Assembly: GCF_006345805.1 (NCBI RefSeq)
Contig: NC_042999.1
Span: forward strand, 60,760,001 to 60,824,000
Origin: Octopus sinensis
Taxonomy: Eukaryota
Reading direction: 5' to 3'
DNA length: 64,000 bases
The translations under genes were made by a program, and so were the position numbers. The notes below the pieces were generated by a model, which was not told the origin of the DNA, did no database searches, and saw only the letters and a program-made list of their open reading frames with translations. Numbering within the stretch: position 1 is the first letter of the stretch; each line of letters begins with the position of its first letter. Positions 13,661 through 28,911 of this stretch are shown here, one piece after another.

Positions 13661-13980
13661 GTATTTGCGGTTTTGCAAATATCTATAGGCTTAGATATAT
13701 AGATATAGATGCACGTAATACAACTTAGTGAACGTTTCCTACGTATACACATACGCACGCAATCATATATATATATATAGCCATGTACAAATATAAATAT
13801 AAGTAGATACACACATGCACACACACTAAATATATATACATATATATATGTATGTATATATATATGTATATATATATAGTATATATATATATGTATATGT
13901 ATATATATATATGTATTATATATATATGTACATATATATATATATGTTTGTGTATATATATATATATATATGTATTTATG

Positions 13981-14019
<39 letters not shown>

Positions 14020-14302
14020 GAGTGTGTAAGTGAGTGTGTGTGTTGTGATGCACGTGTCATTGACTTTATATTTGTATATGAGATTATTTAGGCAATAATT
14101 CAGGCAAAAAAATCTACGATGCTGTGTCTGGTGATTTTAAAGAAATAATCTAAAGTGTATGTGATTTACCTCAATCTGAAGCTATTTATGATATTTTAAT
14201 GTTAGGGAGATTTAAATGCATTCAACGTTTCTCTATTTTTGTTCTTTTTTTTTAACATTTTGTTTTATTATATCTACGGTGTATCATTGTTAATGACTAA
14301 GG

Positions 14303-14885
14303 AAAGGCGGCGAGCTGGCAGAATCGTTAGCACGCCAGGCGAAATGCTTAGCAGTATTTCGTCTGCTGCTACGTTCTGAGTTCAAATTCCGCCGATGTCG
14401 ACTTTGCCTTTCATCCTTTCGGGTTCAATAAATTAAGTACCAAGTGTGTACTGGAGTCGATATAATCGACTGCTCTCGCCCTTTAGTCCCTTGTGGGCAA
14501 TAAAGAAATAAGAATCGTTAGCACACCGTGTGAAATGCTTAGCGGTATTTCGTCTGCCGTTACGTTCTGAGTTCAAATTCCGCCGAGGTCGACTTTGCCT
14601 TTCATTCTTTCGGGGTTGATAAATTAAGTACCAGTTACTCGCTGGGGTCGATGGAATCGACTCAATCCGTTTGTCTGTCCTTGCTTGTCTCTTCTATGTT
14701 TAGCCCCTTGTGGATAATAAAGAAATAGGTATTTCGTCTGCCGCTACGTTGTAAGTTCTAATTCCATCAACGTCGACTTTGCCTCTCATCCTTTCGGGGT
14801 CAATAAATTAAATACCAGTTGTGTACTGGAATCGATCTAATAGACTGGCCTCGCCCCCCCCCCCCCAAATTGCAGACCTCGTGCC
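14303..14885 (+). mobile_element. Tandem/nested trimer of SINE-A
   Basis: Three partial copies with junctions at 14510/14511 (aaagaaata|agaatcgttagc) and 14727/14728 (aaagaaata|ggtatttcgtctg). Confidence 0.9.
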
Positions 14886-16587
14886 TATAATAGAAATTGC
14901 TAAAGGAAATGATGGAGAAGTTGGCAAATATACTGACTCGGCTAACCTAAAAGTGGTGAAACAAGTGACAAGCCATGAAAAATTCCTATTTTCTTTTTTC
15001 ACGCTGGTTTTCTTGCCTTTAATTCCTCTTGTCTATGAATTTGTAAATAACTTGTCGGGAATGGAAAAGGTATTCTGTTGTGTCTGGGGAGAGTAATTTT
15101 CTTTTTGTGCCTTATAATGTAACACACTCACCGGTAAAATTTCCACTTATTTCTTATTTTTATTTTCCTAAAATTTTCGTTGCGTTTTGCAAACATTTCA
15201 ATAGTTTGACTCAACAGACACAACAGAATATGCTTCAACACACGAACTCATATAAAGAATCTTGCAAACCAAATCCCAAAACGGAAAATGTATTGTTGGT
15301 TAGAAAACTGTAAAATACAGGTCAATTTGGAATAGGGTAAGTACGGGCTCAATGAGTCCACGTGCGATGTTATAATACTGCTTTAGAATAAATTCTACAG
15401 AAAATGTACTGTGGATTAAAATACAGAATTTCTTGTATTTTTGTTGAACTTCATCGGTTCTCCGGTGATATTTAAAAATTATGGAAGTCAATAGAAGTAG
15501 GATGCTTGAATGTAGATTCTAATTCAAAGACACTGGAAACAAATGACGTGCGAATAATTCAGATATGTTAAATTGCAGCAGAATTGGTGCGTGTGAATGT
15601 TTTGCTGTCTACGTGTATGTGGACGTGTTTGTGATGTATATTAGCCAGGCAGTGTGTGAATGTGTGTACGTACATAAGAGCGAATGTGCATGAGCGGGAG
15701 GTCGCTATTGTGTGAGTGTGTGAACGACTATATTTTATCATGGGTGCAAGATTATAGGAAACTTAGTTGCACTTAGTGCCGTGGGAAGTGATCGTATTCA
15801 ATTTGAAAATTAGTTTTGGTTCGTGACGATGGCTTGTGGTGAAAGTCTTCCCGATGTATTTCACTAGATAGGCGTAGATTTCTGCTATATTATTACACTA
15901 ATTTAAATAGACTATTTCGTTTGTTATATTAAATCATGAGAAACTGTAGACTACGAAAGTTTTCTTCGGTATTTCTGCAAATGGTAATCTATATAAGACC
16001 ACTAGGAATCATACTCAGGTGGAGTCTCAAGACAGTGGTGCAACAGTCGCTAAATGCCTACAAAAATTAAACGAAGGCGTTAGGAATAACGGAATAGTGT
16101 TCTTTCTTACAAACATCGGTAGACGGTTTACAGAAATACATCCAGACTGTGCAGTAACACATCAATAACATGAAAGTAGAGAATTTTCTGAACACATAGA
16201 TGCGAATGCGGTGTAACAGACTCCAACCTAAACAAACAGACTGCACAAAACGTATAATAACGATGTTCCTACTCTTTCTGGGATGCGGAAGGACCACAAG
16301 CCCTTCACGGATCCGTTTTCTGCCCTCTGTCTTACTTCCTGTTGTAAAGTTAGAGAATGCAACGGCTCATTGAAGTCTTCCTCGACGACTGTGTGATCCA
16401 AGGAGCAGACATCGGTTTCTGTATAGCTAGGGACGTGGCCGGCCTTTTTATGACCTGGTGGGATAGGACGTTAGGTAATCCTTAGAAATACTCCCATTAA
16501 TTGTAATGCTATACCGTATTGAATAAATGATGTCAACATTCTAATTAGAACAATCGGATTATGGGTGAAATGTTCCAGTGAAGACCT

Positions 16588-16661
<74 letters not shown>

Positions 16662-17779
16662 TCAAATGCAATTTCAATTTGTATCGGTCTTGAGTTTGGT
16701 CCTCTTGGACAACATGCTTGCGTAGAAAGCTTGAATGGGCAACTATTAACCTTTCGCCAAATGAACTTTACCCATGCACCTCGGAGATGTAGCAGACCGT
16801 TCGTGACAGTCAAAAATATCTCTTCAAAACCTATCAATACAACAGAGAATGCCCCTTCACTAACAATAAAACATGTTGGCCACATAAAGCTGATTTATGA
16901 TATAGTTAAGTGTAAGCCTCCAACTCACATAGTGTTATTACTGTTTTGAATTATCAATTATGATATTGATGCTGTTGTTTGAATTGTAAACTAAGAGTAA
17001 AGAGGCTAAATTACAGACAAAGAAATATTCAAAAAGTGCAGAGTTTTGAGCAAAGATTTTATCAAGAATTTTAAAATAAGACTTAAAGGGCGGAATGACC
17101 GTTGGTTTAGCGTTCTCAATTCAAGGAAAGGAAGTTTCTAAACATTAATTGTTTGTGAAAACTTCTATAAAGAGAGACTAATAGTATTTTATCAACACTT
17201 CGGTGTAGCAGGACTTTCTGTATTTTGCCTTACACATTTCAGTTTCGGGAAATCTGATCATCAGGTATCGGCTTCAAATGATGTCTTTTTCTTTATTTTT
17301 CCAGACAGTGAACTGATTTGAAATATGAAGTACCTCTGTTCATTTTTATGGATTTAAGATTTCCGTTTAATATCGAAAAAATTGTTTAATGATTCCCAGT
17401 GGGAAATAACTCGAACTGACTGAATTCTGTGTACCACACTATGCTGAGAATTTTGGTAACTTGAAAATGTTTGCAAATATTCTTTACTTCAGCTTGTATT
17501 TGCATCAAAACTTTATATTTATGAATATTCACAAATCACAGAACCATCTCCTCAACAGATTGAAATTCTCACTCAGCCTTGAGTATAACTCGTGCCTGAT
17601 ATATCATATTTACATAAATCGCATTAAGAGTTTCAGTGACTCCTCGGTGACATTGATAAAGCATCGTAATGCTACGTTCAGTCATATCTGATCTTTTCTA
17701 GCGTTAAAAAAACTCAAGTATAACAGAAAGAAATCTTTCGCAGTGACGTTCACCAATAACTTATAAGACACTCAACTTT

Positions 17780-18060
17780 ACGAACAACTATACAGCTTTC
17801 AAAGAGCAGACTCTTCTGGAATCATACTCGCTTATCTTAACCTCCATTCGGCGGGTAAGAAAATATTTGAAATCATAGTTGTCGTCATAGATACCGATAA
17901 AGATTTTGACCGTATGTGGTTTACAAATTAACAGCACTACATCAGCCCTCGTGTGTCCCAAGGTTCGGTTTTGGTTCAACACTCTTCCTTTCATGTATCA
18001 CAATGAGCAAATTTTCACTTTCGTACATAACATGAGGTCTCTTTACACCTACCTTTCTCC
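17780..18060 (+). pseudogene. Decayed CR1/Jockey-like RT fragment
   Basis: VIDTDKDFDRMW (cf. LDISKAFDRVW) and RVSQGSVL (cf. GVPQGSVL). Confidence 0.5.
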
Positions 18061-18749
18061 AACCCAACAACGTCCGCATACAAACTAGATCCCGCATGCA
18101 AAGTTTGCAATAATTCCCAGAAGAGAGGTTTTAAAAACGTACTCCTGCAGAACTGTACCAATTTTGCCTCTTTCAACACACAACTCATATAAAGAAAACC
18201 TTATCGTACCACACCCGAATTAAACCCAGAGAGCACTCTAGTAATAATGTGGCCCACACTTCAAATGTTAGGACCTTCTATCATCGAATCACTGCCCTAA
18301 CAAAAGCACATCATTAACGTAGATTGAGGCCCAATGTCTCCAGAGCCAGTAAATACTTGAGCTCGCAACAAAGCTCATCTAGGTGCAACATAACAGACAA
18401 TTGCTCTCACATCTGGCACGGTACTACTACTACATTCACAGAAAGATCAATTGACTTATAGGTATAAATCTCAGAGACGCGCTCCTAGCTTCTGGGCCAC
18501 AGCCGAGCAATCAACGCAAGGTGCCTCTTCTTGGAGTACCCTAAAGGCCGCTCTATCACTGGTATCAAGTTAAATTTCCTCAGACTAGCTAAATTAACTC
18601 GAACAATCTTTCCTTTTTCTTTTTTTGATCAGACGTCGGGGTATTGTCACTTTAACCACTATGCCCTGTCCTTACTCGCCTTCAAAAATCTCACTGCCGA
18701 TGATTTTTTTCGGTTGGAATGGAATAATGGAATTGTAACATTCAAAGCG

Positions 18750-19030
18750 AAACACATACACACACACATACATACATACATACATACATACATACATACA
18801 TACATACATACATACATACATACGTACGTACGTACGTACGTACGTACGTACGTACGTACATACATACATACATATATACATACATACATACGTACATACC
18901 TACATACATACATAAATACATACATACATACATACATACATACATACATACATACATACATACATACATCATACATACATACATACATACATACATACAT
19001 ACATACATACATACATACATACATACATAA
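18750..19030. repeat. (CATA)n/(CGTA)n microsatellite
   Basis: Directly visible. Confidence 0.95.
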
Positions 19031-20784
19031 GCATGTATGTATAGTTTCTCGTAATCTGAGAAAGATGGTTTTGCAATTTCTTGCAGAACCATCTACACAA
19101 GAGATTTGTTTATAATTATGAAATATTTTCGCTTCACATTAGCTATCTTCCTGCATCAAATTGAAGACGTCTGAACAGGTGCACGGCACACCAAAATGCC
19201 AGGTGCGGAATTTACCGCAGAATGACGTGAAATGAAGTGATTTGCTCAAAAACACAACCCACCAACTAGTCCAGGAATTGAAACCACGATCTCGCGATTA
19301 TAAGATTATATCCTAACCACTAGTTCAGAAACCCTTGACACACATTTATGTGTCCTAATTTACTGTTAATTGAGTTTCAAGTAAGGTTTGAGAGATTTAT
19401 ATGCTTTGGTTCTGCTTCCAGCGTATCCCCATAGACCGGCATTTACACCGACTACATAACTTCTTGATATTTTTAATTTCAAAGTTAATGTATTATACAG
19501 ATGAATAATAGCATTGTTTCAATATATGAGTACAACTTGTACGTATGGGTGAAATAAATGTCATGCCTGTATAGAATAACATCTACCATGTAATTGTGAT
19601 CTCAATCCATAGAACGCGTTTTCTTGTACCGAGTCACTAATACAGAATGAACTGTATTCATACATGTCTAATTGTAACGAGGAATATCTCCACTGAAAAC
19701 TCGCCTGGTGAAAATGTCACCTAACAGTTGTAAATATTTAATTAATAGCTAATGCTATACAAGTTATCGTATAATTTGTAGAATTAGTTTGAGTGTCCTG
19801 TTACAATGGCATAGCTGTGTTCTACTTTAACTATTCTCTGAGGATTATATTTCCAAATTAAACACGGCAATGAATTGTAAGTGAAAAATAAACACAACAA
19901 CCGATACAGATGACTTTTCTTTTATGTTATGGACTTAATTGATTTCTCCTATTATTGGCTACGTAGAAAATTGCTGCTGAGTGTAAATTGATCTCAATAA
20001 ATCTAGGACTATATTAGTCATATACGAAGCGGTTATATATAATTCTAATCAACAACAACTGAGCTATTGTTTCAAATTTCGTGAAAAATCTATACAAGGA
20101 CAATATCAACCATGTATTAATCAATAAAATTAATTTGATACTATAGTGAAAAGTTTTTATAAATATTTGTAGAAGCAAAAGAGTCTGAAATCTATATATG
20201 AATATATCGATGTTTCTCCATTAATAGGTGAAAGTATATGTGAAAATATACGTTTATATTTGAATAAATAAGTTTGCGTATGAATAAATAAGATTTCATA
20301 TGGTTTAGTAATTTTGTATATGAATTAATAAGTTTCCATTAAATTCTTAAATATGCTCACGTATACATGTTCAAACAACTACACACTAACGAAATCAATT
20401 AATTCATATATGTATTAATAATTGATTGTACGCTTGCAGGCGGTAGCCAGAAATAAAAAATAAAAATAATACTAATATGCTTTCTAATGTCTATAAAAAT
20501 GGATTTCCAATATCTGTAAAATATTGTTTGCCACATTCACATACACCAATAAAAACGAGACCAACGTGGAGATATTTATGATGTAATTCAACTGCTAGAA
20601 ATATCTCAACAAAATCTGTTTCAAATCAGCTTTTAATCTCATAATAAAAGAAGAAAGCCCTGGGCAGTATAATATCAGATATACAAAATTGGACACATAG
20701 CTTGAACACTGTTGTGTTTAACGTAGAACAAGAATATTTTTTTTTTAAATAGCTCAATTAACAACAGCATTTTTTAATACCACG

Positions 20785-20876
20785 CCAATAAAACTCCCCT
20801 TTGTAATGGCCCAATCGGCTCGTCTTATCGCTTATAAATCACATTGACGCCAGATTTCTACGTAGACCACTCATTC
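20785..20876 (+). promoter_or_regulatory. Possible Pol II core promoter (2x CCAAT, TATA, Inr-like)
   Basis: CCAAT at 20785 and 20811, TATAAA at 20833, TCATTC at 20871, in non-repetitive sequence. The TATA-Inr distance (~40 nt) is longer than canonical. Confidence 0.2.
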
Positions 20877-23289
20877 AGAACTGGCAAGGTTTAAACAACA
20901 CCAAGGACAATAACAACTGTCAATAGTAGTCCGGTATTTAATTATATTTGAACAAACCTTTGGACAAACGAACGATATAAAAACATTTACATCGACATCA
21001 ATTACGGCGTTTCCTGGTCTTTTTTCCCCCTTTTCTGCTTTTCGTTATTTTCTACGGTTACACGCTTCAGTACTCAAAGAAAATTGGTGTTGTAAAAAAT
21101 GCATTAACTGCCTGCTTAGATCATATCCATTATTCGAGCATTTTCACAGAAACAGTTTTTTTTTTTCCATCAGCAATACGTTAAGCAAATGTGTATGGTC
21201 ATTGCAAATATTTCAAGTTCGTGAAGAATTTTATTGCTGAATACATTTTATAGGAGGCACCCAAAATATATTTACACTTTCATACTTCAATAGGGAACAA
21301 GTCAGAAGAATAGATGAGTAAGCACATAATTTTATAGAAATGTTTTAAACGAAATTTAAGTTCAAAGAGATTGTGACATCTTTGCAATAGCTTTTCAGTT
21401 GACGCCTAATTTAATTTCCTATACACAAACATTGCAATGGCTGGCTAAATAAGATGACGGCTACTGAAATGTGTGATCATTAATTAGTATTCCGTAAATG
21501 CATCTGGTGATGACCTAAATATAAAAATACATTATGCATAACAATACAGTACGACTTACACAAATGATGCAATTGATTAATCGATAACTAATGCATACAG
21601 GCGTCCACAATTTTAGTGGATGCTGTGTAATTGATTATACCGTCATCAATACTAGATTTGGGCTTAATTCTACTGAAAACATTTGCGTAAAAGGTACCGT
21701 AATCCCTGGCGGGATTGGAAATCAGAGAGCAAATCTTGCAGTGTTTTCTCGCTGCTCTACCGTTTATCTTGTATGTTCATGTGTGTGTGTGTGTGTGGTG
21801 TGTGTGTGTGTGTGTGTGTGTTTGTGTGTGTAAAATTTATCTCATGCGTTGCCAAGGACATTTGAATTGAATTTTAAACATCACGGCACCAACTTGAGTG
21901 CATTTAGCAGAGCTCAGCGTATTTTAAATGTACGATTCCGGTATCCAAGCTGTGAATAACTTATTCGACTTCAGCTCGATGTGGAGTCTTTGAGAGGTGT
22001 CAAGTTGTTAGATATGAAGCCTACACTACGCACCTAAAGCCATTACAAAGTATATTTACGTTAAGAAATCCAACCAGGCAACTGTGAGGTCATAGTCATT
22101 TCATTTTACAGCTAAAAGTGATCCGTCTCATGTTTTTTTATTTATACTGGATAAAATGGCGCATGTTAAGGTTATCTATACAGATTTTCTTTAGAAATTA
22201 TAGCAAGCAATGATGTCTGTTGCGACGTTTCGTATCCGTATACGCCTAATGTATACAACAATGTGTTTGAAGATGAAAAATAGGTAATATGCTATATTTC
22301 AGTAGCTTTTCTCTTTCGTCAGCACCCATCCAAACCATCAATCATCCACGAAATCATTGCTTCATGTCTCACTCGTATGTAATAATTTTTGAATTCTATG
22401 GTTACATGCTTTTCCTATAATCAACTACTTTACAGGGTGTACTAAACGTATTTTATTGTAGCACTGGCACTAGAGAGTACCTCCTTCTTTGTATTGTCTC
22501 AGTTTGTTTTTCCTTTTTTATTGCACTAATGGGTGGAAAGTGGGCCATAGTGAGGAGTTGATAAGAGGGATGATCATTAGGAGAGACTTGGAATAATAGG
22601 GGTAAGAAAGTGATAGAGTGAGAGCTACATGTTTGTTGGTAAGGTAATTTGATTGGAAACAATATGACTGACTGGGCGATATATCCGTGTAATGTTATTG
22701 GATATACAAATTTTACATATTAAACACCGTTGTATTCTAATTTCTTAAGTAAGTCAGTAACGATAACTTTAACAAGTGATGTAATAGCACTGCTAACACA
22801 GTAAATCACAGTATTGACTTATGAAACGTTTAATATACTTTGTATTATTTTTTGGTTGCATAACGAAATACAGTTTCCTTACAAGTCATTAATGATTAGA
22901 ATACGTTGAAATATAAAACTTTGTTCCTAGGAGTCTAGACGGTAGCCGTAACTTTCAAGGAAATTAACCAAAGCTGGCGAGCCAAGTATAAAATCTCTGC
23001 ATGTTTATGCAAGTTGATACAAATAGCTGTCTTATCATTCTGATGTCATATAATAAAATTTTAATGATACATTAGATAACGAAACTCTAGGTAAAACGTG
23101 AATATACGGATGGATTTAGCGTTATTTTCTTTGAGCATAGTTTTTATTGGTTAGGAATGATCTTATAATAAGCATGAACATGGATAATACAAATTAGATT
23201 AGGAACAGGAAAACGTAGTAGGATAAAACCTAGTTTGATGTAGTTGGATCCTTACCCGATTAGATTCTTTCAGTTGGCAATCGCATAAA

Positions 23290-24100
<811 letters not shown>

Positions 24101-27100
24101 CTCACCCGGCGCCCGCAACTGTCAGTGTTGTCTCCACGAAGGACTGCATATTCCGTACCAGCTTCCAGCATTAATCAACAGGAATTCAATCGAATTTAGT
24201 TCTTCAAGGTGGTGCCCCAGCAAGCTTACAATATTATGACGGAACCTACTAAAACTATTTCCTCTCTCTACATGTTAATATTATATTGATTATTTCTGTA
24301 ATATCCAGGTGATGCTAAAGAGGGGAAGACAAAGTTGACCAGTGAGATTTGAACCCACGAAGTAAAGATCCAGAAGTCATTGTGCATGATATTTTATCCA
24401 ACATTCTAATGATTCTACTAGTTCGTCAGTCATGACAATTAGCTTTGTTTTAAGAATATGGAAAAAGAGAACTTCTTTTGTTTATTTTCTTTCTTGCAGA
24501 AACTTTATATTTAGATTACATTGACAGATTTCCTAGTCATGAATTCACGCTCAAAGATATATTTCCAACAACTTGAAGTATCAGTAAAATCGACAGCAAT
24601 GAAAACTGAAGTTAAACAACACCGTGAAATGTAAACAGAGTTTCTTATTTGTAGATGTAGACGAGACTGAACTATAAAATGCATTTTAATTGCCATTATT
24701 AAATAATTTTATATAATTGCTATAAAATAGGGGGGAAAATTGCAATATGAATGGAGTGAAAACAGCATATGAAAGTAGAAAAATTACGTTATCAAGTGAT
24801 ATTTGTTGCACTCAAAGAGAGAATCAATGATCGTGATAATATTCCAAAACTACTGTATGCAATTTTATTCCGAGAGGTGTAAAGATTTCACATATAACAA
24901 CACCGGATATTCTCGTAAAACTGACACGCTTTCAACAACGTTGCTACCACGTGTCACAAGAAACCCGTTTCCTGCCGCTACGAAAGCAGTAATAAGAGAT
25001 CAACTAACGGTGATTAACAAAATTGGTGGTGATTATTTGCATAGTTCAATGTCCTTGCCTTTCAGAAAATTATTGCTTTTTATATGCCCTCTCCACAGAT
25101 ACTGTATGAGAAAACAAATGCTACTGAAAAGGAAAGAAAAGAATTGGCAAGCAGAAGAAAGGATTGTTATTCGGCAGAAGACGGCCAAGTTACTTTTCGC
25201 ATTCTGGCAAAAAGAAATTACACTCTTCTCCAACAAAAGGGGAAAACGAAATAGAATCAATGAATGTGTGTCAAATGTAAAAAGATAATACTTGTGTATA
25301 AATTAATCACACTTAGATATTTTTAAAATGTCAGTTAAACCTCTAGGATAAAAAAAATACCAACAACAACAAATAGTAGCTGAAAAAATACCAGGATATT
25401 TAATCGTAACCAATCAGCATTTAATAAAGATAAGAGAGGAAATCAATAAATGCCATGAATGTTAAATCTCGGAAACGTACTGATTCGTTCTGGAGAGAAA
25501 TCTGGAGGTAGAAAACGTGGTTTAAACAGGATGCATTTTGCCAATGAAGAATCCGAGAATTCGAAAGAAATATTGTCCCTGTATTACGTTAGAAGCTTAA
25601 AGGTTGTGATTTAATATTTTCAGGGGAGGTAAGCACCTGAAACAGATTAGATTGTCGGATATCGGTACAAAATCAGACCTTCTGTAGTGAGTACATTCTC
25701 GATCTTTAACAGCAATCATGTAGAAAAATATATGAATATTCTCTGTGGCAACTGAATATTCCTTGTGACAACTGAAATTAATCCTCAACACAAAATCCGT
25801 CATATGGCGGGAAACTAACGACGAAATGCACTCGTAATTTCTTGTCTAGAATTAAAACCACTAGGATTGCGGTGATAGTAAGAATATCATTACAACTGAA
25901 CGAACAGCTTAGCAAACAAGAAAATTGCAGCAAGGCTGCGTGAGTGTGGTGTTAGATGTGGCATGCAAACCCTCGTATAACTTGTTCTCTTCTTTTTTTC
26001 CGTTTCATTCTGACATGCGCATTACGTTTTTATTCTTCGCTTCTTTCTATTTTGACATGCGCATTGCGCTTTTATTCTTCTCTTCCGTTTTATGAATTCC
26101 ATGTGCACATGCACTTTGTGTGTTCATGCTTCTTTTTTTCCGGTTACTACTCAAAACTGTTTACAGATCACAACTATCTGAAGAACCTGCGTTCGTGAGG
26201 AGAGCCTCGCGGTCCGATGGTTGCGAAAAACACGGTACTCTGGAGATATACTTAGTACCTTCTACATAAATTTCTGAAGCCAAACATGTATTAGCATATG
26301 ATAAACTTGATTGTTTTCAGATACTCTTTGACTTGGTAACATTTCAGAGATCATGCTATGAAGAGTAGGTAACTGCATTAATACATGTCCACTATACTCA
26401 ATTTCGACTGAGGAAGTGGTTTTACGCGTTATTAAGAGAATACGGTATCACAGAAGTAAAATCTTTGAAGAAGGGTGACTCTTACTGTAGCCGGATTGTT
26501 ATCTTTTTTTTTTGAGAAAATCTGAGGTGTGTGCATTTAGATTTGAGGACGATTTGAATGTATGTATGCGGAACATGTATAGTATAAAGAAGATCTGGTT
26601 ACAACATTCTCCAATGATACAGAGATAGCGGTTTGTGAAACAAATATACTTATTGGATTGTAAAATAACGCTGATCTACAAAACAAGGAAGCAAGAATTG
26701 TATGAATGCTTGACTGTATCTACTGGTGACAAAAGAAAGAAGAAAAGGTATCCTATTGTTACTAAACAGATTTAGTTCCAGGGTGAAACAAAAATATCCT
26801 CCTTCAGATTTCTCTGCACATGTTGTATCAGAACAAATTGCGTTTCTTAATAGACCACCCAACCTACATTTGAACTATTCGATAACATGATAGTTGAGAT
26901 CCTGAGTATTGATTTTAAAGCTTGAAACATTTTCATCAACACTAGAAAATTCTACATCAAAAGGGAAATTGCTCGACATTATCTAAATGTAAAAAAAGGA
27001 AGCAGATGTTTAACATCGATTCTAACAGCTTTTGATTGTTGCATCGTATCCTTCCGACAAAGTCTACTAAGCACGAAATATCGAAATGCATCCATCGAAT

Positions 27101-28310
27101 AATTGTGTATACATGAAGCTGATAGCATCATGAGAATTAGAAAAGTGCTTCGCGGAAGTTATTCCTTTGTCTATGATCAACTGTACACACTCACCGAAAA
27201 TTTGCACAGTGCTAACAGATTGGCAGATGAAAGCTATGTGCATAACAGCAGAAGATCATGCATATTTGTATTATCTGAAAGTTTCGAATTGACAGAAACA
27301 AAGATAAGATACAAAAACTGAATGTTATCTTTCGTTGTCAAGAGCACGGTTTTGCAAACCAGGAACAAGAAATAACGCTGAAATATCTGATACACAAAAG
27401 GGTTTAATCACCCAAATAGAAAACCTGGATGTGACAAACGATACAGACATTGTGGAATTTATAGTTATATCGTAAGCAGATACACAGATATTTCATAAAG
27501 ATCTCTTAAAATATAGTTCGTGGAGAGAATGCTCCGAAAATAAAACATACACGTTATAGCGATCTGTATGAAGTAATCGCTCTTAATATGATATAGCACA
27601 GGAGAATGTCTCTGTAAAAACTTCAATAAAAGGAAAGTGTGAAAGAGTAGATATAACAATGTGGATCATTGAAGAGAAATTGGGCATAGTAGCGGAAATT
27701 AAGTATTCAGATGTTAATACATTATTAACGATTAATGAAACACAAGGATCTAAGGAAAAATTGAGAAACATTCCGATATAATAAACCGACTATATCTTTC
27801 GATTTATATCCGTAATTATTGGAACGATTGCATGCATATATTTAACTAACTCCGTAGCAATTTTGAGAAGATGAGATTCACAAATTCAGGAAGGAATTAA
27901 TTATTATGAAATTACAGGCTTGCACCATTAATACGGCTTGTAAATTTGTAAACCTTTCCACAAGATTAGCATTAAATAATAAAAAATACAAATATGAGAT
28001 TATCTTGATCATGGGCATGCCAAAATAATCTCATTGAATGTGAGCAAATGAAGTTTGCTTTTTAAACATAGTCATCGTTGCGTTCCACACAATTCTTCGA
28101 ACCGTGCTTGCAGTGCTTGCAGTGCTTGGATCCTATTGGCGAAGAGGTATTCATCCCGCTGGACTAAAATGTCATCAACAGTAAATATGAAGCCATTATC
28201 ACTGCGATACTACTTTCCAACGAAGAGTGTTGGGGGAGCAGATGTTAATCAAATAGGGCTAAATCAAGGGAATAGGGAGGGGGACCCAAAAGATCAAAGC
28301 CACAGTAATG

Positions 28311-28486
28311 ACTAGCTGTGTAGTAAGTAGCTTGTTTATCAACTACATGGTTCCGGGTTCAGTCCCACTGCGTGGTACCTTGGGCACGCGTCTTCTATTA
28401 TAGCCTCGGGCCGACCAAAGCCTTGTGAGTGGATTTGGTAGACAGAAACTGAAAGAAGACCGTCGTATATATGTATATATATATTA

Positions 28487-28563
<77 letters not shown>

Positions 28564-28766
28564 CTGTGTTTGTCCCACCAACATCGCCTGACAACGGATG
28601 CTGGTGTGTTTACGCTCCCGTAACTTAGTGGTTCGGCAAAAGAGACCGATAGAATAAGTACTAGGCTTACAAAGTGTAAGTCCTGCGGTAAATTTACTCG
28701 ACTAAAGGCGGTGCTCCAGCATTTCCGCAGTCAAATGTCTAAAACAAGTAAAAGAGTAAAAGAGTA
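28311..28766 (+). mobile_element. SINE-B copy
   Basis: Head, (TG)n spacer and tail ending aaacaagtaaaagagtaaaagag. Confidence 0.9.
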
Positions 28767-28911
28767 TAGCAGCAATTGAAACCAAGGACTGTTGAAACAA
28801 GACACCTTCCCTTAATTTTTCCTCGGCGTTTGGTTCTGATTGTTTTCCGTAACTGTCTCTGCAAGCTGCTTCAGTACTTATCATTGTTGTTGAGACACTT
28901 TGGAAGATTTC

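Noticed and set aside
15950-16170. 73-codon plus-strand frame with faint FGF-like FFGISANGNLY
   Set aside because: The similarity is limited to a few residues and the other FGF core motifs are absent.
17225-17275. Minus-strand CTGATGA..GAAAC
   Set aside because: No valid stem I or NUH arrangement.
26178-26250. CTGAAGA plus GC-rich hairpin plus GAAA
   Set aside because: Stem III and stem I cannot be formed convincingly.
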